64,000 bases of DNA from Candidatus Borkfalkia excrementigallinarum (GCA_019115885.1 DXCQ01000020.1:5475-69474), one strand, 5' to 3'; counted from the first letter of the stretch, positions 48,044-59,471 are shown. Notes: generated by a model not told the origin, from the letters alone. Translations and numbers: made by a program.

Positions 48044-49096
48044 ATGCAGACCATTCAATTGAACACCAAATCGCGGCCAAGTACCGTCATTTGCGGTTCC
48101 GGCGCTTTGGAAGAGGCGGCAAAGTATTTGCAGGAAAAGGACGTGTTCGTCGTTACCGACGGCAACGTGTACCGCCTGTATAGAGAGTTGATCGCCGAAA
48201 AATTTAAGGGAGGGATATGCGTCGTCCCCGCGGGCGAGCGGCATAAGACCCGTACTTCCCTTTTCAAAATATTGGATAGTATGCTCGATGCGCGCCTGCA
48301 TCGGAGCAGCGCAGTTGTGGCGCTCGGCGGCGGTGTCGTCGGAGACATGGCGGGGTTCGCCGCCGCGCTGTATATGCGCGGCACCCGCCTTGTGCAGATA
48401 CCCACAACGCTCTTGGCGCAAGTGGACAGCTCCGTCGGCGGCAAGACCGCCATCGATTACCGCGGCGTCAAAAACGTGCTCGGCGCGTTCTATCAGCCGG
48501 AGCGCGTGTTCTGCGATCCGCTCTTTTTCAAAACGTTGCCGCCGCGCGAGATCAGGTGCGGTCTGGGTGAGATCATCAAGACGGGCGTGCTCGACGCGCA
48601 GATCGGAGATACGCTCCTCGCGCATGCGGATAAATTGCACGACCTCGGTTTTTTGCAGGAGCTTGCGGCGGATTGCGTGCGGTTCAAGGCGCGCGTGGTC
48701 GAGGCGGACGAAACGGAGAGCACGGGCGTGCGCAAGTGCCTGAACATGGGGCACACCACGGGGCACGCGCTCGAACTCAAATACGGCCGCCGCTCGCACG
48801 GGGAGTATGTTCTCATCGGCATGTGGCTGGAAAGTTTTATTGCCGAGAGGGAAGGGATTTGTTCCCCCGCATACGCGCAGGAAGTGCGCCGCCTCATCTC
48901 GCTCGCCGAGCCGCGCATACCGCGCTTTGCCTCGCCCGAAGATTGCATTCCGTTCGCCCTGCTCGATAAAAAGAACGAGGGGAAAGACCTCGTTTCCTTC
49001 ATCCTGCCCAAGGCGCGCGGAGAATATGCCGAATGCTCTCTCACGGCGGCGCGCTACGGCGAATATCTCAAACTTTTGCAGGGAGGAAACGCATGA
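48044..49096 (+). CDS. aroB: 3-dehydroquinate synthase
   Basis: LGGGVVGDMAGF, PTTLLAQVDSSVGGKT, GLGEIIK, LNMGHT.GH, DKK. Confidence 0.96.
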   Translation: MQTIQLNTKSRPSTVICGSGALEEAAKYLQEKDVFVVTDGNVYRLYRELIAEKFKGGICVVPAGERHKTRTSLFKILDSMLDARLHRSSAVVALGGGVVGDMAGFAAALYMRGTRLVQIPTTLLAQVDSSVGGKTAIDYRGVKNVLGAFYQPERVFCDPLFFKTLPPREIRCGLGEIIKTGVLDAQIGDTLLAHADKLHDLGFLQELAADCVRFKARVVEADETESTGVRKCLNMGHTTGHALELKYGRRSHGEYVLIGMWLESFIAEREGICSPAYAQEVRRLISLAEPRIPRFASPEDCIPFALLDKKNEGKDLVSFILPKARGEYAECSLTAARYGEYLKLLQGGNA

Positions 49097-50346
49097 AGAT
49101 ACAGCCTTGCACTTCTTTTTCGGGCGAGTTTGAAATTCCCGGCGATAAATCGATCACCCACCGCGCGGTCATGTTCAATGCGGCGGCGCGGGGCGAGGCG
49201 ATCGTTACCAACGCGCTCATGGGGGAAGACTGCCTTTCCACCGTCTCCTGTATGCGCGCGCTGGGCGCCGATGTGCGCACGGAAGACAACAAGATCTGTG
49301 TGCGCGGAACGCTGAAATTCAAGGATGCCGACCTGTACTGCGGGAACAGCGGCACGACCATGCGCCTTTTGATGGGGCTCATCGCGGGCAGGAGCGTCCA
49401 TGCCCGCCTGACGGGCGATCCTTCCCTGTCTCGCCGGCCGATGGAGCGCGTCGCGGCGCCGCTGCGGCTGTTGGGCGCCGATATCCGCACGTCAGACGGG
49501 ACCGCCCCGGTAGAGATCTCCGCCGCGCCGCTCGTGGGGGCTGCGGTGGATACGAAGGTAGCGAGCGCGCAGGTCAAGAGCGCCGTTTTGTTGGCAGCGC
49601 TCGGCGCCCGCGGGAAAACGATTGTACGCGAACCCTTGAAAACGCGCGACCATACCGAGCGGATGCTCGCGGCGATGGGTGCCGACGTGCGCGTGAACGG
49701 GGCGGAGATAATCGTGGGGGAAAGCGAGCTTTCCTGCACCGATGTAGACGTTCCCGCCGATATTTCGAGCGCGGCGTATTTTATGGCATTGGGCGCGCTG
49801 CGCGGCGAAACGCTGTGCAAAAACGTGGGCGTCAATCCCACGCGCACGGGCATTTTGGAGGCGTTCTCGCGCATGAACGTGCGCTTTGTCCTTGAAAACG
49901 AGCGCACCGTCTGCGGCGAACCCGTGGCGGATATCCGCGTGTACAGATCGGAGCTGAAAGCGATCGAGCTCACGCGCGAGATCATGCCGTCGCTCATCGA
50001 CGAACTTCCGCTCATCGCGTTGCTGTGCGCGTTTGCGGAGGGCGAAAGCCGTATTTCGGGCGCGGAGGAACTGAAAGTAAAGGAGAGCGACCGCATCCGC
50101 ACCACGGCGGCGATGATCGGCGCGCTGGGCGGCGACTGTACGCCGACGGACGACGGCTTTATCATCCGCGGCAGGGAGAGCCTGCGCGGCGGCACCGTGG
50201 AATCGGCGGGGGACCACCGCATCGCGATGAGCGGGGCTGTCGGGCTTGCGGCGAGCGATCGCGGCGGCGAAATTTTCGGCGCGGAGTGCGCGGATATCTC
50301 TTTCCCGAATTTTTATAAGATGTTAAGTTCTCACTTTTTCTTTTGA
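49093..50346 (+). CDS. aroA: EPSP synthase
   Basis: PGDKSITHR, GNSGTTMR, SLSRRPM, ASAQVKS, RDHTE, KESDR, DHRIAM. Confidence 0.97.
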   Translation: MKIQPCTSFSGEFEIPGDKSITHRAVMFNAAARGEAIVTNALMGEDCLSTVSCMRALGADVRTEDNKICVRGTLKFKDADLYCGNSGTTMRLLMGLIAGRSVHARLTGDPSLSRRPMERVAAPLRLLGADIRTSDGTAPVEISAAPLVGAAVDTKVASAQVKSAVLLAALGARGKTIVREPLKTRDHTERMLAAMGADVRVNGAEIIVGESELSCTDVDVPADISSAAYFMALGALRGETLCKNVGVNPTRTGILEAFSRMNVRFVLENERTVCGEPVADIRVYRSELKAIELTREIMPSLIDELPLIALLCAFAEGESRISGAEELKVKESDRIRTTAAMIGALGGDCTPTDDGFIIRGRESLRGGTVESAGDHRIAMSGAVGLAASDRGGEIFGAECADISFPNFYKMLSSHFFF

Positions 50347-50359
50347 GCAGACAAAAGAA

Positions 50360-50627
50360 AAAGTCGAGATTTGAAGGGAAACCCGAACGGCTTTCCCCTT
50401 GTTGCGGCATATTTAAGGGCACACATATTATTGTAATGCCGCAACTTCACCCCTTCCGTAAGCCGAGGTATCGGCAAATGAGGGTGCGCTGCGCAAAAGT
50501 GTGATTTTGCTTGCGCGAGCAATAATTTTATTATGCCAAATAAGCGGGTGAGGCTTGCAAATAAGCAAAAGATAAAAGCCCCTAAAATTTGCAAGCCGAG
50601 GGCGGCAGCCCTGAAAATCTCGACTTT
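50360..50627. mobile_element. Candidate MITE/REPIN-like non-coding element
   Basis: Terminal inverted repeats AAAGTCGAGATTTGAAGGG / CCCTGAAAATCTCGACTTT (17/19), internal hairpins, no ORF. Confidence 0.5.
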
Positions 50628-50675
50628 CCGCACCGCCCTCGCACGAGAAAAGTGAGAGGAAAAAAGGAGTATTTT

Positions 50676-51482
50676 ATGAGTAAAGTTTATAAAATGTGCG
50701 TCATCGGCAAAGACGTTTCCAAGTCAGACAGCGCGAAGATGCACACCTTCGATTTCCGCGGGTTGGGCAGCGAATGCACGTTCGACCTGCTCTCCGTCGC
50801 CAAAGAGGAGTTCGACGCATACGCGAAAAAGCTGATCGGCGAATACGACGCATTCTGCGTTACGATACCGTACAAATTGGATATCATTCCCTATCTCGAC
50901 CGCATCGAGGGGGACGCGCAGACGTTCGGCGCCGTCAACGTGGTCAAGGATAAAGTCGGCTACAATACCGACGGCGTTGGCTTTATGCTGATGTTGGAAA
51001 ACAACGGCATTGATCCCGCGGGAAAAAAGATACTCGTTCTCGGCGCGGGCGGCGCGGGCAGGAGCGTCATCAAAAAGCTGGCGGATGCGGGCGCGGACGT
51101 GTACGCCTATGACCTGCGCACGGAAAACCTCGACGAAGTGTATAAAGATTTCGGCTGTTTCACGCCTCTCAAAGCGCTCGGACCCGCCGATTACGACGTC
51201 ATCATCAACGGAACGGGCGTCGGCATGCACAAAACGGAGGGGATATCCCCCGTGGGCAAAGACATTTTGTCGCGCACGAAAGCGGCGGTCGATCTCATCT
51301 ATTACCCGCGCAAGAGCGAGTTTTTGCGCCTTGCGGAAGAACTAGGCAAGCCCATCGTCAACGGCGAGGGGATGCTCTTTTATCAGGCGTATTACTGCGA
51401 CTGCATCGTGTTGGGCAAAGAGCCGAACGCGGCGGAAGCAAAGCGCCTGTTCGAGGAATACAAACGGATATATAAGGACTGA
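50676..51482 (+). CDS. aroE: Shikimate dehydrogenase
   Basis: VTIPYK, GAVN, NTDG.G, LGAGGAG, INGT.VG, DLIY.P, G.GML.YQA. Confidence 0.95.
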   Translation: MSKVYKMCVIGKDVSKSDSAKMHTFDFRGLGSECTFDLLSVAKEEFDAYAKKLIGEYDAFCVTIPYKLDIIPYLDRIEGDAQTFGAVNVVKDKVGYNTDGVGFMLMLENNGIDPAGKKILVLGAGGAGRSVIKKLADAGADVYAYDLRTENLDEVYKDFGCFTPLKALGPADYDVIINGTGVGMHKTEGISPVGKDILSRTKAAVDLIYYPRKSEFLRLAEELGKPIVNGEGMLFYQAYYCDCIVLGKEPNAAEAKRLFEEYKRIYKD

Positions 51483-51556
51483 AAGGCGTTCCGCATCAGC
51501 GGCGGCGCTTGCAAATTTCGTCAAATAGCAGCGACAAAAAAGCGAGGAGGCGTTTT

Positions 51557-51973
51557 ATGAAAATTCTGTTTCTCAACGGCGTCAATCTGAACATGACGGG
51601 CCGGCGCGAAAAGGGCGTATACGGCACCGAAACGCTGGACGGCATCAACGCGCAGATCGAGGCGTTCTGCAAAGAGCGCGGCGCGGAATGCGAGTTTTTC
51701 CAGAGCAATCTCGAAGGGGAGCTGTGCACGAAGATCCAGGAATCGGATGCGGACGGCATCGTTCTGAACGCGGGCGCGTTCACCCATTACAGCTACGCCC
51801 TGCGCGATGCGATCGCCTCGGTGCAGACGCCCGTGGTCGAAGTGCATATGTCCAACGTGCACGCGCGCGAGGAGTTCCGCCACAAGTCGGTCATTTCCGA
51901 AGTGTGCCGCGGCACAATCCTCGGATTTGGCAAAAACAGCTATATCCTTGCGGCGGAGAGTTTTCTGTTATGA
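51557..51973 (+). CDS. aroQ: Type II 3-dehydroquinate dehydratase
   Basis: LNGVNLN, RE..VYG, FQSN.EG, NAGAFTHYS, EVHMSN. Confidence 0.96.
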   Translation: MKILFLNGVNLNMTGRREKGVYGTETLDGINAQIEAFCKERGAECEFFQSNLEGELCTKIQESDADGIVLNAGAFTHYSYALRDAIASVQTPVVEVHMSNVHAREEFRHKSVISEVCRGTILGFGKNSYILAAESFLL

Positions 51974-52491
51974 ATATCGTGCTTTGCGGAATGATGGGTG
52001 CCGGCAAAACGACGGTCGGCATCAAAATATCCGATCTCACGGGCATGCGTTGGTACGACACCGACGATCTGATCACCGATAAATACGGCAAAATTTCGAG
52101 CATCTTCGAGTTTTACGGCGAGGCGCGTTTCCGCGAGATCGAATCGGAGATCGTGCGCCGCGTCGCCGCGGAGGATAACTGCGTCATCTCCACGGGCGGC
52201 GGCTGCGTGTTAAAGCCGGAAAACAGCGTCGCCTTCAAGGAGAACGGCGGCAAGATCGTCTTTCTGAAAGTGGATATCGGGGTTTTGTTCGAGCGCACGG
52301 GGCACACCGGCGACGACAGGCCGCTGCTCAAAAACACCACGTTCGAAAAGATGAAAGCGCTGCTCGATTACCGTACGCCTATCTACGAAGGCTGCGCCGA
52401 TTATACGGTAGACACAAACGGCAAAAGCGTCGATGAAGTTGCGCGCGAGATCGTTTCCGTGTTCGGCCTTCCGCTCATGGAGGAAAAATGA
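51970..52491 (+). CDS. aroK: Shikimate kinase
   Basis: GMMGAGKTT, DTD, FREIE, STGGG, RPLL. Confidence 0.95.
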   Translation: MNIVLCGMMGAGKTTVGIKISDLTGMRWYDTDDLITDKYGKISSIFEFYGEARFREIESEIVRRVAAEDNCVISTGGGCVLKPENSVAFKENGGKIVFLKVDIGVLFERTGHTGDDRPLLKNTTFEKMKALLDYRTPIYEGCADYTVDTNGKSVDEVAREIVSVFGLPLMEEK

Positions 52492-53201
52492 GCACGGCGC
52501 TCGTTACGGGCGGTTCGCGCGGCATCGGCAGGGCGATCTGCCTCGAATTTGCGCGCGCCGGGTACGACGTCGCTTTCTGTTGGTCGAAAGACGAGGCCGG
52601 AGCGAAAGAAACGGCGCGGCTGATAAGCGAAGCGGGCGTTGGTGCGCTCTCTTTTTGTTGCGACGTGTCCGACGAGGCGCAGGTGCAGGCGATGTTCGGG
52701 CAGATATTCGGCCTGTCTGTGCTCGTCAACAACGCCGGCGTCGCGCTGTATAAGCAGGTGCAGGATACTTCGTTCGCGGAGTGGAAACAAGTTTTTTCCG
52801 TCAATGCGGACGGCGCGTTTTTATGCACGCGCGCCGCGTTGCCCAAGTTTTTGCAGCGGGGCGGCGGCAGCATCGTCAATATCGCTTCCGTGTGGGGCGA
52901 AGCGGGCGGCTCGTGCGAGGCGGCGTATTCGGCGAGCAAAGCGGCGCTCATCGGCTTTACCAAGGCGTGCGCCAAGGAATTTGCCCCGTCCGGCATCCGC
53001 GTCAACTGTCTCTCCTGCGGGTTTATCGAAACGGAAATGAACGCCCGCCTTTCGAGCGCGGAGCGGGAGGCGTTTTTTGCCGATGTTCCTCTCGGCCGCG
53101 CGGGCACGCCCGAAGAGGCGGCCGCGGCGGTGCGCTTTCTCGCGGAAAGCCGCTACATCACGGGCGAAGTTCTGCGCGTAAACGGCGGAATGCATCTGTA
53201 A
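52488..53201 (+). CDS. FabG/YmfI-like SDR
   Basis: TGGSRGIG, NNAG, YSASK, GIRVN. Confidence 0.9.
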   Translation: MSTALVTGGSRGIGRAICLEFARAGYDVAFCWSKDEAGAKETARLISEAGVGALSFCCDVSDEAQVQAMFGQIFGLSVLVNNAGVALYKQVQDTSFAEWKQVFSVNADGAFLCTRAALPKFLQRGGGSIVNIASVWGEAGGSCEAAYSASKAALIGFTKACAKEFAPSGIRVNCLSCGFIETEMNARLSSAEREAFFADVPLGRAGTPEEAAAAVRFLAESRYITGEVLRVNGGMHL

Positions 53202-53363
53202 CGGCAAGGGCGGCGCTCTTTTTCGCGGAAAAGCGCCGAAACAAAAAATTTTTAACAATAAAAAAAGGTTTTTTCCCTTTTTCGTCGAATTTATTAAATA
53301 GCGGAAGTATTAAAAAATACGGCGGTGCGCTGCGGCATACCGCTCCCGCAAAGGGGAGATCCG

Positions 53364-54401
53364 ATGAATAAAGGCGACGTAAAGCAACGGACGTATGCGA
53401 AGGAACGGGCATTTTTGTCTGAATACGCGTGCCTGTCCGAACATACGCGCGGGAGGGAACGCCCCGAAAAGGCGTGCGATATGCGCACCGATTTTCAGCG
53501 AGACAGAGACCGCATTATTTACAGCAAGGCATTCCTGCGTCTGAAAAATAAGACGCAGGTGTTCTTTTCGCCGGAGGGAGATCATTTCCGCACCCGCATG
53601 ACGCACACCATCGACGTTTCGCAGATCGCCCGCTCCATCGCCCGTTCGCTCGCGCTCAATGAAGATCTGGCGGAGGCGATCGCTTTGGGGCACGACTTGG
53701 GGCATACCCCTTTCGGCCATGCGGGGGAGCGCGTTTTAGACAGCCTTTCTCCGAACGGCTTTGCGCATAATGAGCAGTCTTTGCGCGTGGTCGACGTTTT
53801 GGAAAAGGAGGGGCGCGGCCTCAACCTTACCTTTGAGGTGCGCGACGGGATCCTCAACCATAAAAAGAGCGGCAATCCCGCCACGTTGGAGGGGAAAGCA
53901 GTATCCCTTGCCGACCGCATCGCCTATGTCAATCACGACATCGAAGACGCGATCCGCGCGGGTCTTCTGCGGGAGGAGGAGCTGCCCAAGGCGGACGTAA
54001 AGATACTCGGAAGTTCCTCGCGAGACCGCATCAACACGATGATCACCTCCATCTTCGAAAACAGCATCGGCCAGCCGCAGGTTAAGATGGGGGAACGGGA
54101 GGCAAGCGCCCTCGAACATCTGCGTTCGTTCATGTTCGAAAGGGTCTACATAACGCCCCTTTCCATGAAAGAGGAGGAGCGCGCCAAGCGTATGCTCTCC
54201 GCCATGTACGATTATTTTTTGAAGAATAAGGACAAGCTGCCCGCATTCTATTTGAGTCTGTCCGAACGGTACCCGCTCGAACAGGTCGTATGCGACTATC
54301 TCTCGTCCATGACGGATAAGTTTGCGGTAGCGGTATTCAACAACATCTTCGTTCCGCGCAGCTGGGCGCTGACGGAAAAGGATATCGAAGAATTGGAGTA
54401 A
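53364..54401 (+). CDS. dgt: dNTP triphosphohydrolase (dGTPase, HD domain)
   Basis: FQRDRDRI, KTQVF, RTRMTH, GHDLGHTPFGHAGE, DRIAY..HD. Confidence 0.93.
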   Translation: MNKGDVKQRTYAKERAFLSEYACLSEHTRGRERPEKACDMRTDFQRDRDRIIYSKAFLRLKNKTQVFFSPEGDHFRTRMTHTIDVSQIARSIARSLALNEDLAEAIALGHDLGHTPFGHAGERVLDSLSPNGFAHNEQSLRVVDVLEKEGRGLNLTFEVRDGILNHKKSGNPATLEGKAVSLADRIAYVNHDIEDAIRAGLLREEELPKADVKILGSSSRDRINTMITSIFENSIGQPQVKMGEREASALEHLRSFMFERVYITPLSMKEEERAKRMLSAMYDYFLKNKDKLPAFYLSLSERYPLEQVVCDYLSSMTDKFAVAVFNNIFVPRSWALTEKDIEELE

Positions 54402-54429
54402 AAATGCCCGCGCGGCGGGTAGGAGAAGT

Positions 54430-56205
54430 ATGGCAAAGGGGCTCGATCCGGAATTTTTGCAACAACTGAAAAACAAAAACGATCTCGTCGAGGTAGTGAG
54501 CGCCTATGTCCCGCTCGAACGCAAGGGCGGCAATTGGTGGGGCAGGTGCCCCTTCCATCACGAAAAAACGCCCTCGTTCACCGTCAACGCCGAAAATCAG
54601 TTTTATCACTGTTTCGGCTGCGGCGTCAGCGGCGACGTGATCTCCTTTATCCGCGAGATCGAGTCGGTCGACTTCATGGACGCGGTCAAGATCCTCGCGG
54701 AGCGCGCCAAACTGCCCGTTCCTGAGATGAATTTTGACACCGAAAAGACGGCGGAGCAAAAGCGCAAGCGCGACGCGGTTTTAAAAATTTTGCGCGCGAG
54801 CGCGCACTTTTATCTGGACAACCTCAATTCGGGGCGCGCCGACGCGCATGTGCAATATATTCTGGACAGGAAACTCTCCTCCTCCGTCGTGCGCAAATTC
54901 GGTTTGGGCGCCTCGCTCGATTTCAAGAGCCTGCCGCAGTTCTTGTTGGACAAGGGGTTCCGCCGCGACGATATCCTCGACAGCGGCGCCGTCATCGAGT
55001 CGGAAAAGAACAAGCGTTTGACCGACGCGCAGGCGGGGCGGCTGATCTTTCCCATCATCAACGCGATGGGCGATGTGATCGCGTTCGGCGGCCGCGTGCT
55101 CGAAAAAACCGACTTTGCAAAGTACAAGAACACGCGCGAAACGCTCGTATTCAACAAGAGCAAAACGCTGTACAATATCAACCAGGTAAAAAAGCTCAAA
55201 CAGGCGGAAGGCATCAAATCGCTCATTATGGTGGAGGGGTATATGGATACCATCTCCCTCTTCCAGGCGGGTTTTCACAATGTTGTGGCGAGCATGGGCA
55301 CGGCGCTCACAAAGGACCAGGCGCGCCTTGCCAAGCGGTATGCCGACAGCGTGTATATCAGTTACGACGGCGACTTCGCGGGGCAAAAGGGCGCTATCCG
55401 CGGCCTGGAAATTCTGCGCGACGAGCAGGTGAACGTGCGCGTTGTGCCCCTTCCCGAAGGGTTGGACCCCGACGACGTGATCAAGCGGCAGGGAAACGAG
55501 GGGTACCAAAACTGCCTCGATTCTGCCATGCCGCTCATCGATTTTAAATTGGAAGTTCTGCGGCGGCAGTACGACCTCACGAAAACGGAGGATAAGCGCA
55601 GCTATATTTCCGAGGCGCTCAAAGTGATCGGCGAGGCGGAGAGCGAAAGCGTGAAAGAAGATCTGCTCAAACAGGTGCGCGAGCGGACGGGCGTCACTTA
55701 CGAATCGCTCAAACGCGACCTCGAAAACCAGCCCGCCGTGCCGAAAACCGTGATCGTTGAGCCGCCCGTGCGCGAAGACGGGGCGGACAGAAAGGTCAAA
55801 GCCTGCCGTTTTATCCTCGCGTCTGTGCTGTTCGGCGCGAAATATGCAAAAAATTTCGATATTTCATGTGTCACATTCGACAATTCCGTGCATAATACTA
55901 TCGCGGATTATATCAAAGCGTGTAAAAACAGGGGCGAACCGGTGCGGGCGAGCGCTCTGTTTGAAATTTTTGACGAAAACACGCCCGAACTTTCGGAGAT
56001 ACTCGATTTAAGTTTGGGCGAAAGTTTGGAGGGAGAGGGCGCGGCTCGCTATTTCAGCGATTGCGTCCGCACCTTGGAGCGCGCGCGCATCGAGGCGGAG
56101 CTCGAAAAATTCAGCGCCCTGTGCGACGCGGAAACGGACCTTTCTAAAAAGAAAGAGATCACGCGCCGAGTTTTGGAACTTACCATTCAACTGAAAAACT
56201 TTTAA
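54430..56205 (+). CDS. dnaG: DNA primase
   Basis: [40 protein letters not shown]. Confidence 0.97.
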   Translation: MAKGLDPEFLQQLKNKNDLVEVVSAYVPLERKGGNWWGRCPFHHEKTPSFTVNAENQFYHCFGCGVSGDVISFIREIESVDFMDAVKILAERAKLPVPEMNFDTEKTAEQKRKRDAVLKILRASAHFYLDNLNSGRADAHVQYILDRKLSSSVVRKFGLGASLDFKSLPQFLLDKGFRRDDILDSGAVIESEKNKRLTDAQAGRLIFPIINAMGDVIAFGGRVLEKTDFAKYKNTRETLVFNKSKTLYNINQVKKLKQAEGIKSLIMVEGYMDTISLFQAGFHNVVASMGTALTKDQARLAKRYADSVYISYDGDFAGQKGAIRGLEILRDEQVNVRVVPLPEGLDPDDVIKRQGNEGYQNCLDSAMPLIDFKLEVLRRQYDLTKTEDKRSYISEALKVIGEAESESVKEDLLKQVRERTGVTYESLKRDLENQPAVPKTVIVEPPVREDGADRKVKACRFILASVLFGAKYAKNFDISCVTFDNSVHNTIADYIKACKNRGEPVRASALFEIFDENTPELSEILDLSLGESLEGEGAARYFSDCVRTLERARIEAELEKFSALCDAETDLSKKKEITRRVLELTIQLKNF

Positions 56206-56230
56206 TTCAACGGAGGATAACACATTTTTC

Positions 56231-57286
56231 ATGAGCGTATCCGAGCAAAAACTCAACGAAATACTCAAACAGATCATTTCGGAATACCGCCAAAAGGGGA
56301 GCATCTCCACCAACACGCTGTGCGATATTTTGGAAAAGATCGACACCAGCCCCGACCAGATCGACTACATCTATAAATCCATCGGGGAGGCGGGCATTCA
56401 GATCGTCGACGAAGACGAGCGCGACCGCGAACTGTTCGAGCAGGCCCTGCGCGATATCGGGCTGGACGATCCCGTCAAAATGTATCTGAAAGACATCGGC
56501 CGCGTGCCCCTGCTTTCGGTGGACGAGGAGATAGAGCTCGCGCGCAAGATGCAGGACGGCGACGAAGCGGCGAAAAAGCGCCTTTCCGAGGCGAACCTGC
56601 GCCTCGTCGTTTCCATCGCAAAGCGCTATGTGGGCAGGGGAATGCTCTTCCTCGACCTCATACAGGAGGGGAACCTCGGCCTCATGAAGGCGGTGGAAAA
56701 ATTCGATTATCAGAAAGGATTCAAGTTTTCCACCTATGCCACTTGGTGGATACGGCAGGCGATCACGCGCGCCATCGCAGACCAGGCCCGCACCATCCGC
56801 ATCCCCGTGCACATGGTGGAAACCATCAACCGCCTCACGCGCGCCTCGCGCATATTGCTGCAACAGCTCGGCCGCGAGCCCACGCCCGACGAGATCGCCA
56901 AGGAACTGAACATGCCCGTCGACCGCGTGCGCGAGATCCAGAAGATCGCGCAGGATCCCGTTTCGCTGGAAACGCCGATCGGCGAGGAGGAAGATTCGCA
57001 CTTGGGCGACTTCATCGAGGACGACCACACCACAACGCCCTCCGATTCCGTCGCCGCGACCATGCTCAAAGAGCAGCTCATGGGCGTTTTGGATACGCTC
57101 ACCCCGCGCGAAGAAAAGGTTTTGCGTCTGCGTTACGGCATCGACGACGGCAAGCCGCGCACCCTCGAAGAAGTGGGCAAGGAGTTCAACGTAACGAGGG
57201 AGCGCATCCGCCAGATCGAGGCGAAGGCGCTGCGCAAACTGCGCCATCCCTCGCGCAGCAAAAAGCTGAAAGATTTTCTCGACTGA
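56231..57286 (+). CDS. rpoD: Primary sigma factor SigA
   Basis: [45 protein letters not shown]. Confidence 0.98.
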   Translation: MSVSEQKLNEILKQIISEYRQKGSISTNTLCDILEKIDTSPDQIDYIYKSIGEAGIQIVDEDERDRELFEQALRDIGLDDPVKMYLKDIGRVPLLSVDEEIELARKMQDGDEAAKKRLSEANLRLVVSIAKRYVGRGMLFLDLIQEGNLGLMKAVEKFDYQKGFKFSTYATWWIRQAITRAIADQARTIRIPVHMVETINRLTRASRILLQQLGREPTPDEIAKELNMPVDRVREIQKIAQDPVSLETPIGEEEDSHLGDFIEDDHTTTPSDSVAATMLKEQLMGVLDTLTPREEKVLRLRYGIDDGKPRTLEEVGKEFNVTRERIRQIEAKALRKLRHPSRSKKLKDFLD

Positions 57287-57295
57287 TTTTTTGCG

Positions 57296-57970
57296 ATGAA
57301 AAGGACAAAACGCATACGCGCGCTGTGCGCCGAACTCGCTCCCTGCGTAACGTTTGCCGACGTGGGGTGCGACCACGGCTATTGCACGCAGTATATGCTG
57401 GAAGGGAACCTGTGCCGCAGCGCCGTTGCCTCCGACATCAGCGCGGGCAGCCTTTCCAAGGCGGAAACATTGCTTTCAGCCTACATAGCCGGGGGGCGGG
57501 TCACGCCCGTGTGCTGCGCGGGGCTGGATAAGATCCCGCAGGATACCGAACAGGTGCTCATCGCGGGTATGGGCGGGGAAGAGATCATGACCATCTTGCG
57601 GGAAGGATTTCTGCCCCCCGCGCTCGTGTTGCAGCCCATGCGCCATACCCCGAAAGTGCGGGCGTTCCTGCTCGAACGGGGCTATGCGATCGTGCGCGAC
57701 TTCACCTTTCGCGATGGAAAGTTTTACGATGTGCTTCGCGCGGAATTTCCGTGGTACAGGGGTGCGCAACCGCGCGGATATACGGAGCGGGATCTGGAAT
57801 TCGGGTACGACAATCTCCGTTCCCCGTCTCCCGATTTTTTGGAACTGTTGCAGGAGGAAATGCGCAAGTGCCGCGCGCGTCTCGCGGCGGCGCAAACGAG
57901 CGTCCCCGCCGTGGAGGCGCGGCTGAACAGGATAACGGAGGTATACGATGACCTTACGCGAAGTGTATGA
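57296..57970 (+). CDS. trmK: tRNA (adenine22-N1)-methyltransferase
   Basis: ADVGCDHGY, IAGMGG, LQP; conserved position after rpoD. Confidence 0.9.
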   Translation: MKRTKRIRALCAELAPCVTFADVGCDHGYCTQYMLEGNLCRSAVASDISAGSLSKAETLLSAYIAGGRVTPVCCAGLDKIPQDTEQVLIAGMGGEEIMTILREGFLPPALVLQPMRHTPKVRAFLLERGYAIVRDFTFRDGKFYDVLRAEFPWYRGAQPRGYTERDLEFGYDNLRSPSPDFLELLQEEMRKCRARLAAAQTSVPAVEARLNRITEVYDDLTRSV

Positions 57971-58733
57971 GCGCATCGACGCGCTGTATCCCAAGAGGAT
58001 GAGCGACGACTATGTAAAAACGTACGGCGGGCACGACAACAGCGGCATTCTGCTCGATCCGGGCAAAGAGATCGCGGGCGCCCTGTTTTCGCTCGATCTG
58101 TCGCTTGCGGCGATCGCGGCGGCGAAAGCGGCGGGCAAAAATCTCATCGTAACGCATCATCCCGCCATCTTTTTCCCCGTAGCGGATATCCGGTACGACG
58201 ATCCGCTCGGCGCGCGCATCGTCGCCTGTTTGGAGAGCGGCATCGGCGTCATCTCCATGCATCTCAATCTCGACTGTGCGTGCGGCGGCATCGACGAAAG
58301 CCTCGCCCGCGCGTTGGGCGGCGAGGGGGAACTCGAACCGCAGGAAAAGATCGAGGGCGGCGGATACGGCAGGATATTTTCCGTCAAAGAGCAGGCACTC
58401 TCCGCTTTTGCGGAGGGAGCAAAGCGGGAGCTCGGCACGTCGCGCGCCTTTGTTTACGGCGACGGCGAGCGGAAAATAAACCGCGCGGCGTCCTTTTGCG
58501 GCGCAGGCGTAGACGGCGGAGCGATCGCACGCGCCAAAGCGCAGGGCGCGCAGGCCATCGTTTCGGCAGATATCAAGCACAACTATATCTGCGATGCTTT
58601 GGAATCGGGGCTGTGCGTCGTACAGCTCACCCATTACGCGAGCGAAAATTACGGATTTAAGAAAATATATCAGGTCCTCAGAGAGAAACTCTGTATTCCC
58701 TGCGAATACCATCAGGACGAAATTCTGCTTTGA
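57948..58733 (+). CDS. Nif3-like dinuclear metal-centre protein
   Basis: DNSG, THHPAIF, MHLNLD, H YASE motif. Confidence 0.9.
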   Translation: MTLREVYERIDALYPKRMSDDYVKTYGGHDNSGILLDPGKEIAGALFSLDLSLAAIAAAKAAGKNLIVTHHPAIFFPVADIRYDDPLGARIVACLESGIGVISMHLNLDCACGGIDESLARALGGEGELEPQEKIEGGGYGRIFSVKEQALSAFAEGAKRELGTSRAFVYGDGERKINRAASFCGAGVDGGAIARAKAQGAQAIVSADIKHNYICDALESGLCVVQLTHYASENYGFKKIYQVLREKLCIPCEYHQDEILL

Positions 58734-58750
58734 GGAGGGGAGGTTAATTT

Positions 58751-59452
58751 ATGATAGACGAACTTTTGAAATACCAGGAGGCGGACGGAAAACTGCGCGC
58801 CATCGAACAGGAAATTTCTGCGACCGACGAGCGCAAAAAGTATATGACCGCGCGCAAATTTTTAGAAAAGGCGCCCGAAAAGTTGGAGGCGTTAGACGCA
58901 AAAGCCGCAGAATTGAAGCACGTTTTCGAGCTCTTGGAAAAGAAATACTCCGAAATTGCCGATACCATCAAGGATTACGAAAATCTCGACGAGATGGTCG
59001 ACGAGCAGGGCGGAGAGATTTCTTTTTATAAAAAGAACGCCTCGCAGATCGCAGACAACCTGCGCGCGCTGAAAGGGGAGATCAACAAGCTCGTATCGCA
59101 GATCGAGGCGGCGTCCGCCGAGTACGCCGCGGCAAAAAAGCAGACCATCGCCATGCAAAAGCAGTATAAGGAATACAAGGTCAAGTACGGCGAGATCAAG
59201 GATGCCCACGCCGAGCAGATCAAAGAGGTAGAGGCGGAACTCGCGGCGCTCGCGAAAAAAGTGCCCGAAGCCACGCTCGCAAAATACAAGGCCAAGCGCA
59301 AGGAAAAAGTGTACCCCGTCGTGTGCGAAGTGGCGGGCAATCGCTGTCCGCAGTGCGGCATGGAGCTTTCCATCGCGGAACTTTCCAAATTGAGCGAAGG
59401 CACATTCATCGAGTGCGACAGCTGCCGGCGCATTCTGTTCAAAAAAAAGTAA
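58751..59452 (+). CDS. Coiled-coil C4 zinc-ribbon protein (DUF164-like)
   Basis: Long coiled coil, then CPQCGM...CDSCRRIL. Confidence 0.85.
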   Translation: MIDELLKYQEADGKLRAIEQEISATDERKKYMTARKFLEKAPEKLEALDAKAAELKHVFELLEKKYSEIADTIKDYENLDEMVDEQGGEISFYKKNASQIADNLRALKGEINKLVSQIEAASAEYAAAKKQTIAMQKQYKEYKVKYGEIKDAHAEQIKEVEAELAALAKKVPEATLAKYKAKRKEKVYPVVCEVAGNRCPQCGMELSIAELSKLSEGTFIECDSCRRILFKKK

Positions 59453-59471
59453 AACCCGTGCATAAAAAAAG

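Noticed and set aside
56207-57376. 389-aa minus-strand ORF
   Set aside because: Shadow of rpoD
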